A stretch of DNA of 64,000 bases from Bacillota bacterium (GTDB lineage: Bacteria > Bacillota > UBA994 > UBA5500). The translations under genes and the position numbers were made by a program. The notes under the pieces were generated by a model, which worked only from the letters and a program-made list of their open reading frames with translations, did not search any database and had not been told where the DNA came from. Location: NCBI GenBank assembly GCA_012735505.1, contig JAAYHE010000029.1, positions 1,988 to 65,987 of the forward strand, read 5' to 3'. This document shows, piece by piece, positions 8,586-17,060 of the stretch; positions within the stretch are counted from its first letter, which is position 1, and every line of letters starts with the position of its first letter.

Positions 8586-9638
8586 GTGCACGAACGACGG
8601 CAAAGTCACCGCTGGCTGACGATTTTATTGTTATTAGCACTTCTTTTATTGGTAGTATTGGTTTTAGCAGTGGCCATCGGCCGCGTCAGTATTCCAGCAG
8701 GAGAAGTTGTGGATATTATCCTCAGCCGCGTACGCGCGTTAATTACTTTTCAACCAGCCCCTATGAACACCTCCAACGAAATCATTGTTTGGAACTTACG
8801 CTTACCCCGAGCGCTATTAGCTGCAGCTGTGGGAGCTTGCCTTGCCTTAGCTGGAGGAATGATGCAAGGTCTCTTGCGTAACCCGATGGCCGATCCTTAC
8901 GTGCTCGGTGTTTCTGCCGGCGCCTCTGTCGGAGGGGCTCTGGCATTTATTATCACAGGGACGTGGGGTTGGCGTTTTGGTGTTGCGTTAACACCGATCC
9001 TAGCCTTCTTCGGAGCCATTGCTGCCGTCCTGATGGTCTATTCGTTAGCCAGAGTGGGGGGGCGTGTACCTATCATGAACTTGCTGCTGGCAGGCATCGC
9101 TCTCAATACAGTCTTGTCAGCAGTGCTTTCCCTACTGATTTATTTTACTAACAAAGAATTACAGGCCCTCATTTACTGGTTGATGGGCAGTTTTACGGGC
9201 CGCGGTTGGACACAAGTGGCGATTATTATTCCCCATTTGTTGCTAGGATTAGCGTTCTCAGTCTACCTAGCCAGAGACCTTAACGCACTTAGCATGGGTG
9301 AAGACGCAGCTGCGACCCTAGGGGTCGACGTGGAAAAAACTAAACACCTGTTGCTTCTTGCCTCAACTGCGCTGACAGCGGGAGCAGTATCTGTGAGTGG
9401 CATTATAGGTTTTGTTGGTTTATTAGTGCCTCACATTAGTCGTTTGTTGTTCGGACCAGACCACCGTCTGCTTTTGCCGGCGTCAGCTCTGTTGGGTGGG
9501 ATTTTCTTAGTTGGCGCTGACTTATTAGCACGTACCTTAATCACTACTGGCGAGTTACCTGTGGGTATTATCACCTCTCTTTGCGGAGGGCCCTTTTTCC
9601 TTTATCTGTTGCGACGTAACGAAGCGCGCCGTTCCTAG
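8586..9638 (+). CDS. FecCD/BtuC-family ABC transporter permease (iron-siderophore or cobalamin type)
   Basis: It is a 10-TM FecCD-family protein (VLGVSAGASVGGALAFII, LLAGIALNTVLSA). A GTG start at 8586 is preferred for spacing to the GGAGG RBS. The ORF track starts at TTG 8568. Confidence 0.8.
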   Translation: MHERRQSHRWLTILLLLALLLLVVLVLAVAIGRVSIPAGEVVDIILSRVRALITFQPAPMNTSNEIIVWNLRLPRALLAAAVGACLALAGGMMQGLLRNPMADPYVLGVSAGASVGGALAFIITGTWGWRFGVALTPILAFFGAIAAVLMVYSLARVGGRVPIMNLLLAGIALNTVLSAVLSLLIYFTNKELQALIYWLMGSFTGRGWTQVAIIIPHLLLGLAFSVYLARDLNALSMGEDAAATLGVDVEKTKHLLLLASTALTAGAVSVSGIIGFVGLLVPHISRLLFGPDHRLLLPASALLGGIFLVGADLLARTLITTGELPVGIITSLCGGPFFLYLLRRNEARRS

Positions 9639-9650
9639 GAGGTTTTGTTT

Positions 9651-10454
9651 GTGCTGGTAGCTACAGATTTGAAGCTAGCCTATGGCCATAAACTGGTCAT
9701 CGACCAGGTTACTTTTGCAGTTCCGCAAGGGCAATTTGCGGTTATTTTAGGTCCTAACGGATCGGGCAAATCAACTTTGCTTCGCTCCCTCTGCCGCTTG
9801 CACCAACCGCAAACAGGCACCATCAGTTTGGCGGGTCGTGATTTGCGCCATTATTCTCAGCAGGAACTAGCGCGTAATGTTGCTTTCGTGCAGCAGACTA
9901 AATCTGTTGCTTTCGACTTTACGGTAGAAGAAATAGTTCTATTAGGACGTCTACCCCACCTGCGCCGTTTTCAGACAGAAACCCAACATGATTATGCCGT
10001 GGTGGAACATTTCTTGCGGTTAACAGGTTTATGGGAGCTGCGACAGCGTCGCTTACATTCTTTAAGCGGGGGAGAACGGCAGAGGGTCTTTCTGTGCCAA
10101 GCTCTGGTGCAAGAGCCAAAACTGCTACTACTAGATGAACCGACTAACCATTTAGATATCAACCACCAACTAGAGATCCTTGATCTGGTGTCAGCTCTCA
10201 ACCAGGACCAGGGCTTGACCGTAATCGCAGTTTTGCATGACCTGAATTTGGCGGCTCTTTATGCCCAACGTCTACTAGTATTAAGCGCAGGCCGTCTAGT
10301 TGCCGACGGCCCGCCGCAGCAAGTGTTGCAAGCAGATTTACTACGGCACACCTACGGCTGTGGAGTCGCGGTCCTAACGCATCCAGTTACAGAGCAACCC
10401 CAGGTCCTGCTGGTCCCTAAGAGGAAGGCAAGACCCCTAGATCTTGGCCACTAG
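9651..10454 (+). CDS. ABC transporter ATP-binding protein (FepC/BtuD-like)
   Basis: Walker A GPNGSGKST, signature LSGGERQRV and Walker B LLLLDEP. The GTG start at 9651 is 8 nt after a TAGGAGG RBS. The ORF-track TTG at 9645 is too close to the RBS. Confidence 0.8.
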   Translation: MLVATDLKLAYGHKLVIDQVTFAVPQGQFAVILGPNGSGKSTLLRSLCRLHQPQTGTISLAGRDLRHYSQQELARNVAFVQQTKSVAFDFTVEEIVLLGRLPHLRRFQTETQHDYAVVEHFLRLTGLWELRQRRLHSLSGGERQRVFLCQALVQEPKLLLLDEPTNHLDINHQLEILDLVSALNQDQGLTVIAVLHDLNLAALYAQRLLVLSAGRLVADGPPQQVLQADLLRHTYGCGVAVLTHPVTEQPQVLLVPKRKARPLDLGH

Positions 10455-10469
10455 CTTCGCAGTAATCCT

Positions 10470-11714
10470 TTAAGATTCGAATATACTGGCAAACGGTGCT
10501 TCTAACAATTCACCAGTGCGGCGGAAATGAGCGTGCACCTCTACCTCGATAGGCATTTCGGGGAAGTATCCTTCCCAATTCACGCTCTCGAACACTTTAG
10601 GATAAAGGCGATAGGCACGGTCGCCGATACCAATGATGTCTGCACGCAATTCCTGCTGTATCTTCTTCAGTGTTGCTTGCACATCGGCTTCGATGCGGGC
10701 GCTGAGCAAGGCATCTAACTGTTGCATCGTGGCGCTGTTTAGCTCCTTTGGCCCAGTTAGATTATGTTCTATCAAATCGCCATCCTGATAGATAATTATT
10801 TTTGCCCGCAACCTGTCATCTTCATTTGTCAGGCGCAACACCCGCCGCGCGTAGATTTGACCTTGTACAACGTAGCCTTGTCCAGGCACTTCTACCATTA
10901 ATGTTCCCCTTTTGCTTTCGCCGCGCAGCCATAACACGCTACGGCTGTCCGTAGCATCGAGGGTGCCTACCATCTTGTCGCCTCGAAAGACGGCTAACCC
11001 TGACATAGCTAAACTTTTTTCTTCGTTTTGCCCCTCGTCTGCAGTTGTGTCCTGACCTTGTTTTCCTGCACTAGAAGCCTGTTTTTCAGGGCTGGTTGCT
11101 TCAGCCGTGAGTAAAGGTAGAATTGCTTCAGTTCCCTTTTGCTCTAGTAGGAGCAGAATTAAGTCTAAAAGGGTACGCGAGGCAGTTACCGAAGTATCTT
11201 TAGCGATTTGATTGAGATTAATCAAGTGCTCTGCCGGCAATTTGCTCAGCTTAGGCACCACCTGTAGCAGATCCTTGGCGGAACCTTGGCTCACCATCAC
11301 TTTGGTTGAAAAACGAAAATCGCGATTGCGTATTAGATAATCAAGGATAGGGGCGATACCCTTTCTGGCTAATTCCTCTCCTATAATTATTACCCGAGTA
11401 TGAGACCAAAAGGGGTATTTTCCCGCATATGTGCGCACTTGTTCTATAGCATTAGCGAAATTTTTGGCTTTGCTGCTAACCGTCCAAACTGGCGCTTCCG
11501 AACCGCCCCCGCCACCACCGCCTCCGCCTTCAGCAGGGCTTAAAGCAGCTGTTATGGCGAGCTGCACGTTGAGCTCTATCTGCCCATCTTCCGCCGCGTC
11601 TATCGCCACCAGGGTGGCGAAACCCAAAGCTTCAATTTCTCGCCGACTCCAGCAGCTTGTTAGTGACAAACTACAGCCTATGATGAGAATAATGCTAATT
11701 AGGCGCCTGCTCAC
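10470..11714 (-). CDS. gerAC: spore germination protein, Ger(x)C-family lipoprotein (germinant receptor C subunit)
   Basis: Lipoprotein signal with an LTSC lipobox. It has the Ger(x)C architecture and overlaps the B-subunit gene. It contains an unusual Gly9 insertion. Confidence 0.75.
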   Translation of the reverse strand: MSRRLISIILIIGCSLSLTSCWSRREIEALGFATLVAIDAAEDGQIELNVQLAITAALSPAEGGGGGGGGGSEAPVWTVSSKAKNFANAIEQVRTYAGKYPFWSHTRVIIIGEELARKGIAPILDYLIRNRDFRFSTKVMVSQGSAKDLLQVVPKLSKLPAEHLINLNQIAKDTSVTASRTLLDLILLLLEQKGTEAILPLLTAEATSPEKQASSAGKQGQDTTADEGQNEEKSLAMSGLAVFRGDKMVGTLDATDSRSVLWLRGESKRGTLMVEVPGQGYVVQGQIYARRVLRLTNEDDRLRAKIIIYQDGDLIEHNLTGPKELNSATMQQLDALLSARIEADVQATLKKIQQELRADIIGIGDRAYRLYPKVFESVNWEGYFPEMPIEVEVHAHFRRTGELLEAPFASIFES

Positions 11715-12813
11715 GAGAATCGCCTCCCATTTTGCGTAACCACGCTAACAGCAATGTAAATAAAGGGACCCCGGCTCCGACAAATAGAAAAGCTCGATTA
11801 ACCATCTCGTCAAGAAGCAGCGCCGTTGGCAGGTTGGGAGCTCTTAATGCTATAAAGGCTGCTAAAGGCAAAGAGGCTAGAGCCATCCAGGCTATCTTTA
11901 ATCCTGGTATCAATTGGCTAAGCCCCAGAGCGGCAATGTAAAAGCAGAAACTAATCCTCAAGAAGGCGGCTAAGATCCAGATAACCATGAACAGGGCTTC
12001 GCCCCTTTCTATAAGGCGAATATTTTCGGTGACGGTCAAATAGGGCCAAGTAAATTTAGAACCAGCAGTATGGCCTAAAAAGAGCAAGGTGTTAAGATAT
12101 GTGCCAAATAGAATCCCGCCCCCGAAAAGGGTGTAACGGCGACCTGCCTTTTTACTATTCTCTGGGTCTACTAAGTAAGGGTAAATAAATAACAGATATG
12201 AAACGATAGTTATGTCTGCGACGACATCAAGGAAGACGTCCCAGACACCCTTGCCTATGCCTTGGTCGAGCCAAGGCAGTAGGTACCAAGGGTTAAGTTG
12301 GACTGTGCTTGCCAGGATGACGAAAAAGGTACCGATTAACACGGGAAATATCAGTTCGTTAAAACGGACCATGCCCTCTAGGCCGGCCAAAGTACCACTG
12401 GCGGTTAAGACCAGCATCACCAAGATGACAGCGCTAATGGGTGTTTCCTGCAAAATAGCAGCGACAACGAACTCGGTAACATTGCGTAATGATAGGGTGC
12501 CTTGCACGAAGAAAGCTACGGCAAGTGCTATGACCAAGGGGTAACCTAGCCAAGGGCTCCACACGCGTGGGGCATATTCGGCGATGCTTTGCTGAGGGAA
12601 GCGTTGCGCCAGCCGGATGATAAGGCCAACAAGGATTAAGCCTATTACTACGGCCGCTAAAATTGGCAACCAGCCACCATTGCCGGCCCAAAGCATAAAA
12701 TTCCGGAAGCTAGGTCGTAGAACTTCAGTACTAGCCAGGCTGGCTAGAATGAGGAATGCTTGTCGCGATGTGATTTGGTCACGGTTCAAGCTTGCTTCCT
12801 CCTTCCTCTGCAT
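11695..12813 (-). CDS. gerAB: spore germination protein GerAB-type (APC-superfamily permease-like B subunit)
   Basis: A polytopic membrane protein with ITSRQAFLILAS near the N-terminus, typical of GerAB/GerKB. Start chosen at the ATG at 12811-12813 (MQRKEE...). The ORF-track start at 12891 is probably too long. Confidence 0.7.
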   Translation of the reverse strand: MQRKEEASLNRDQITSRQAFLILASLASTEVLRPSFRNFMLWAGNGGWLPILAAVVIGLILVGLIIRLAQRFPQQSIAEYAPRVWSPWLGYPLVIALAVAFFVQGTLSLRNVTEFVVAAILQETPISAVILVMLVLTASGTLAGLEGMVRFNELIFPVLIGTFFVILASTVQLNPWYLLPWLDQGIGKGVWDVFLDVVADITIVSYLLFIYPYLVDPENSKKAGRRYTLFGGGILFGTYLNTLLFLGHTAGSKFTWPYLTVTENIRLIERGEALFMVIWILAAFLRISFCFYIAALGLSQLIPGLKIAWMALASLPLAAFIALRAPNLPTALLLDEMVNRAFLFVGAGVPLFTLLLAWLRKMGGDSREQAPN

Positions 12814-14482
12814 CGTCTGGCAAAGGTGCGATTTCAAAACCGCCAGGATGCAAATCTTGCTTGTGTTGGTAGTAGCTTGGCGCAGGCCCACTACGGAAGG
12901 GGTTGTGGGGCCGGAATATTCCTGGACGCCGTTGCCGTTTCCATATGGGAGCCCGCACTATGGTATCAGTCAGCCCGCTTAAAGTCTGTGGTGCAACCGG
13001 GGACAAATAGGGAACGCCAAATGATTTTAAGGTCACGATGTGTAAAACAATTAGAATTACACCCGCGGTGAGACCGTACAGTCCAAATATGCCTGCTAGT
13101 GCCATCAAGGGGAAGCGCAGGATGCGAATAGACAAGGCCACATTAAAACTAGGAATGGCAAAGGAACCGATAGCTGTCAGAGCCACTACAATCACCATGA
13201 TGGGGCTCACTAAGCCGGCACTCACGGCTGCTTGTCCGATGATAATACCGCCCACGATACCAATAGTAGACGCGATCGGGTTGGGCAAGCGAATACCTGC
13301 TTCTCGCAAGAGTTCAAATGTGAGCTCCATCAAGAAGGCTTCTACTAGGGCTGTAAAGGGTACGCCAGAGCGAGCACCTGCCATTGCCAGAGCGAGTTTG
13401 GTTGGGATGACCTCCTGATGAAAATTTACAAACGCGATGTATAAAGATGGTAATAAGATGGAGTTGAGGATGCCAAAAGTACGCACGATGCGGAGTGCAG
13501 TCGACAAAATCCAGCTTTCGTAATAATCCTCTGGCGAAGGCAAGAAATTGCTTAGTGTAGCTGGAGCCAAGAGAGCATTAGGGCTCCCATCGCTAATGAT
13601 GGCGATTCGCCCCTCTAGGATGGCGGCAGCTACCCGATCAGGCCTTTCCGTGTATTGTATCTGTGGGAAAGGCGAGTAGGGCGAGTCTTGAATAAACTGC
13701 TCTATAAAGCCACTATCCAAAATACCATCATAATCGATAAGCTCCAGCCGCCGTCGTACTTCGTTTACTAACACAGGGTTAGCAACATCCTCCAGATACA
13801 GAACGGCACATTCGGTTTTGGAGCGTTGCCCGACGGTGACGAATTTCACCGTTAATTTAGGGTCTTTTATACGGCGGCGAACCAAGGCCACACTAGACTT
13901 CATCAGCTCATTGAAGCCCTCCCGCGGCCCGCGGATCAGGTTTTCATTGGAAGGTTCCGATATGGAACGGTGTTCCCATTTTTTTGCTCCGAGGATAAAC
14001 GCTATATCAAGGCCGTCTATAATGAGCACGGCGTCGGCGCCTAAAATAGCATCGATCACTTTTGGATAATTATTTTCTTCTTTTAGTTCTAAGAAGGACA
14101 AGAAATGCTCCGAGAGCAGCGCTCTAATAGCCTCTGGTGTAGTCACGGCAGGGGCTGCGATTTTTTTTGCCCATAGCATCAGAGGTGTCATGACATTGAG
14201 TTGTAAGGATTCCTTATCTACTAAGCCATCGACCAAAATAAGGACGGCTTTTAGTTCATTAGCGTTGCCGATAGTAAAATCCCGAAAAATGATATCGTCG
14301 CTATTGCCTAATAATTGCTTGAGGATATCTACATTTTCAGATAGGTCTTTGCTCAATGGTCGGTCATAGCTGGCGACCAAATTCGAGTTCTTTGCACCAG
14401 TCTCTGACCCGTTTACTTCAGGCTGCCGTCTGCCCTTGAGCGCAGCAGCTGGTATCGGTTGTCGCTTCCGGCGTCGCCCCAT
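12779..14482 (-). CDS. gerAA: spore germination protein GerAA-type (germinant receptor A subunit)
   Basis: 567 aa with a GerA-family conserved core (DGLVD...PLxxIxxxxxRxxxLxxxL, C-terminal TM segments). First gene of a gerA-type tricistronic operon. Confidence 0.8.
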   Translation of the reverse strand: MGRRRKRQPIPAAALKGRRQPEVNGSETGAKNSNLVASYDRPLSKDLSENVDILKQLLGNSDDIIFRDFTIGNANELKAVLILVDGLVDKESLQLNVMTPLMLWAKKIAAPAVTTPEAIRALLSEHFLSFLELKEENNYPKVIDAILGADAVLIIDGLDIAFILGAKKWEHRSISEPSNENLIRGPREGFNELMKSSVALVRRRIKDPKLTVKFVTVGQRSKTECAVLYLEDVANPVLVNEVRRRLELIDYDGILDSGFIEQFIQDSPYSPFPQIQYTERPDRVAAAILEGRIAIISDGSPNALLAPATLSNFLPSPEDYYESWILSTALRIVRTFGILNSILLPSLYIAFVNFHQEVIPTKLALAMAGARSGVPFTALVEAFLMELTFELLREAGIRLPNPIASTIGIVGGIIIGQAAVSAGLVSPIMVIVVALTAIGSFAIPSFNVALSIRILRFPLMALAGIFGLYGLTAGVILIVLHIVTLKSFGVPYLSPVAPQTLSGLTDTIVRAPIWKRQRRPGIFRPHNPFRSGPAPSYYQHKQDLHPGGFEIAPLPDDAEEGGSKLEP

Positions 14483-14537
14483 AGTCAGCCTCCTTTCCTT
14501 GCACTACACTGTACATAGTATTTCCCTGGCGAGAGGC

Positions 14538-14570
14538 AAATAAAAAGACCGTGCTGCGACGGCAGCACGG
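14538..14570 (-). terminator. rho-independent terminator downstream of the CDF gene (minus strand)
   Basis: A perfect 9-bp stem ccgtgctgc/gcagcacgg with a 4-nt loop. On the minus strand it is followed by TCTTTTTATTT. Confidence 0.5.
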
Positions 14571-14607
14571 CTGGGGAGCTGGGCAGTCAGGTTTGAACAT
14601 TGGTTTC

Positions 14608-15495
14608 TTAACAGGCTTCTTTTGTGCACGGGTTAACGTGTACCATAACGGTTTCCACTGTTTTAACGTTTTCCTTAATTTTGTCTGCAACTTGGTGGGC
14701 TAGGGTATGGCTTTCTTGTAGAGACATATTAGGGTTAACACAGATTTCTAGATCTACCTTAATATAGGGGCCGTGTTGCCGGGCTTTCAGATCATTAACG
14801 TCGATGATACCTAACTGGGCTAAGGCGGTTTGTTTGATAGCCTCGGTGACCTCAAATTCAGGAGCGCTGTCGATAAGTTCACGAATGGATTGTAAGTATA
14901 CATCGAAGCCTACCTTACAGACTAGTACTGCAACGATGATGCCTGCTAAAGGGTCTAGCCAAGGAAAAGCCAAGCGGGCTCCGGCAATGCCGACTAGAGT
15001 GCCAACGGAAGAAAATGCGTCGGAGCGATGGTGCCACGCATCTGCTACCATGGCTGAGCTATTTATCTGCCGGGCAGTTTTTAGCGTGTAATTGTACATT
15101 AACTCTTTCACCACAATGGAGAGGATAGCAGCATAAAGGGCCAGGGGGCCCGGTGCGGTAGCTGTATTGCTTAGTAAGACACGCCCCGAGCTATAGGCGA
15201 GGCCTAGGCCGGTGATGACAAGCAGGGTAGCCACGATCTGGGCGGTGACCGTCTCTAGGCGACCATGCCCGTAAGGGTGCCTTTCATCTGCCGGCTTGCT
15301 AGCCATGGCGAGGCCAACAATAACGGCGACAGATGTTAGTATGTCGCTTCCGGTGTGCACTGCGTCAGCCACCATGGCTGAGCTCTTAGCTAGAATTCCG
15401 GCCACCAATTTAGTCAGGGCCAGAGCCAGATTAACCCAGATAGTGATTTTGATGACCTTGGTTCCCAGTCTTATTCGCTCTTCTTTGTGTAGCAT
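14608..15495 (-). CDS. czcD: cation diffusion facilitator family metal exporter (CzcD-like)
   Basis: Six TM segments with the CDF signature ...AVHTGSDILTSV..., HHRSDAFSSVG, and a C-terminal cytoplasmic domain. Confidence 0.8.
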   Translation of the reverse strand: MLHKEERIRLGTKVIKITIWVNLALALTKLVAGILAKSSAMVADAVHTGSDILTSVAVIVGLAMASKPADERHPYGHGRLETVTAQIVATLLVITGLGLAYSSGRVLLSNTATAPGPLALYAAILSIVVKELMYNYTLKTARQINSSAMVADAWHHRSDAFSSVGTLVGIAGARLAFPWLDPLAGIIVAVLVCKVGFDVYLQSIRELIDSAPEFEVTEAIKQTALAQLGIIDVNDLKARQHGPYIKVDLEICVNPNMSLQESHTLAHQVADKIKENVKTVETVMVHVNPCTKEAC

Positions 15496-15588
15496 TTGAT
15501 CACCCTCGGTTAGATGTGCTTACTATCAGCATAAACCTTTTTCAATTCCCGTGTCAATGAAAATATGTTAAAGAATGACTGAAAAGGA

Positions 15589-15602
15589 ATTTCATATGAA
15601 AT
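15589..15602. promoter_or_regulatory. perfect 14-bp palindrome ATTTCATATGAAAT about 95 nt upstream of the CDF gene (candidate ArsR/SmtB-type operator)
   Basis: Seen directly. The TTCA-N-TGAA core resembles operators of ArsR/SmtB-family metal sensors that control czcD-type exporters. Confidence 0.3.
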
Positions 15603-15650
15603 AGAAAATCGGTGTCAGTTGACGCTAGTTATCAGTCGCACCAAACATAA

Positions 15651-15680
15651 CTAGGGGGCAGCTACAGCTGCTCCCTAGTT
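15651..15680 (-). terminator. hairpin just downstream of the solute-binding-protein gene (minus strand)
   Basis: ctagggggcagc/gctgctccctag inverted repeat, 11 of 12 bp. The trailing U-tract is weak. Confidence 0.3.
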
Positions 15681-15686
15681 ATTAGC

Positions 15687-17057
15687 TTAAGGTCCGGTCA
15701 TGGTTGCTCGCGCTAAGCCTGACAGTACGGCTTGTACGAATTGCTCTTTAGTATACTGACCTGTTACATAAGCAGACCAAGCGGGCGCAATCGTATGTTG
15801 CCAGTGTTCTTCTGCAAGACCAGGCTCGGGTCCATAGCTATAAGGCCGGCTGAGTGCCTTATCAATAGCAGTATATGTTTGCCGGGAAGCCGGGTCGTAT
15901 GGGAGTTCCAGACTCGTCAAAAGGCTAGTTTGAGCAGGTATGGCCGAGGCAAAACGCCCCATGTATTCTGCTAAGTGGGGAGCTAGCCAGAGGGCAAATT
16001 CTGCGGCTGCCTTGGTGTGACGATGTCCTTGGTACTCCGCTTGCCGAAAAACCGCTAGGTAGACGCTGCGAAAATCGCTATGCCCTGTTTCGTTAGGTAG
16101 GGGCCATATTGCTGGCTGTATACCTGCCTTTAAGGCTTCTTGCCAAAGCCAAGGTGTCAAGTTGTGGTTTAGGGGGCCGATGCTAGCTGCCCTTTGTTGT
16201 AAAAAGAGAACTAAACAGTTTTCATCCATAGTGTTAGCCGGAGTAGGCACCCCTGGGGATTGCTGTAACTTCTTCCAGCCCGCGGCTATGTTTTCTAGGA
16301 AAGCTTCGGTCCAAAGCGGTGCTCCATCGGGATCAAAGGCAGCAGGTTGCCCCCAAACAGTGGTCATGGCTGCAAAAAGGGCATCGCCAATTGAGGTCGG
16401 GACAAAACCATAAACTTGGGCCTGTTTAGCCTCGGCGATGGCCGCTAAAAATTGATCCCAGTTCCATCCGCTAGTTAATACTTGCTCGAGGCTAAGGTTG
16501 GTCGGCTGCCATAAGGAAGAATTGACCATCATTACTCGCGGAAACAGGGCTACCGGCAACGCATACACGCGGTTGTTAACTAGAGCCTGCTGCCATACGG
16601 CCTCGGGCCAAGCTGTTCTGTCTTGCTGATTAAGGTACAGGGATAGCGGTACTTGCAGCTCTCCATAGAACGCTTGTGAACTGTCGGCGTGGAAAAGGAC
16701 GTCAGGCGGAGTGCCAGTGGCTAGCGCCTGTTGCAAACGTTGCCCTGCTTGTGCTGGCGGCAGATAAGTAATATTAACCTTTATATTGCTTCTCCCAGTC
16801 GTGAAGTCGGCTATACACTGTTCTAAGGCTTCTTGGAAAGGCCGGGTGTTGGCAATGGAGGGAAGCCTCACCCAGAATTCAAGTTCATAGCTTTCGTGAG
16901 CTTTAAGGCTTACGCGAGGATTAATATATTGTTGACCGCTGAAGACAGTGTACAAATAGGGGTAGAGGGCGTAAGCGGAGACGACCAAGATAACGATTAT
17001 AGCTAGCAGCCAAGACAGGCGTCTAAAGGGGCAGCGACGATCTCGGACTCTGGCCAT
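15687..17057 (-). CDS. extracellular solute-binding protein (ABC family-1-like), membrane-anchored, orphan
   Basis: It has an N-terminal TM anchor followed by a roughly 420-aa periplasmic-binding-protein-like domain. No adjacent permease or ATPase genes. Confidence 0.45.
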   Translation of the reverse strand: MARVRDRRCPFRRLSWLLAIIVILVVSAYALYPYLYTVFSGQQYINPRVSLKAHESYELEFWVRLPSIANTRPFQEALEQCIADFTTGRSNIKVNITYLPPAQAGQRLQQALATGTPPDVLFHADSSQAFYGELQVPLSLYLNQQDRTAWPEAVWQQALVNNRVYALPVALFPRVMMVNSSLWQPTNLSLEQVLTSGWNWDQFLAAIAEAKQAQVYGFVPTSIGDALFAAMTTVWGQPAAFDPDGAPLWTEAFLENIAAGWKKLQQSPGVPTPANTMDENCLVLFLQQRAASIGPLNHNLTPWLWQEALKAGIQPAIWPLPNETGHSDFRSVYLAVFRQAEYQGHRHTKAAAEFALWLAPHLAEYMGRFASAIPAQTSLLTSLELPYDPASRQTYTAIDKALSRPYSYGPEPGLAEEHWQHTIAPAWSAYVTGQYTKEQFVQAVLSGLARATMTGP

Positions 17058-17060
17058 ACG

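Noticed and set aside
8377-8619. 80-aa ORF (MEQGAPLWENRESGEKPERSRHYNY...) in the ORF track
   Set aside because: It lies entirely within the cobalamin riboswitch and its terminator. Its sequence is the riboswitch conserved core, so it is not protein-coding.
11431-11739. 102-aa plus-strand ORF with a PPPPPPPPP run
   Set aside because: It is the antisense reading of the gerAC Gly9 tract (GGN codons read as CCN), so it is an artefact of the opposite-strand gene.
14483-14537. sigma-G promoter for the gerA operon
   Set aside because: The region is only ~55 nt and contains GGAAATA, but there is no convincing CATnnTA -10 at the right spacing. I could not support a specific promoter call.
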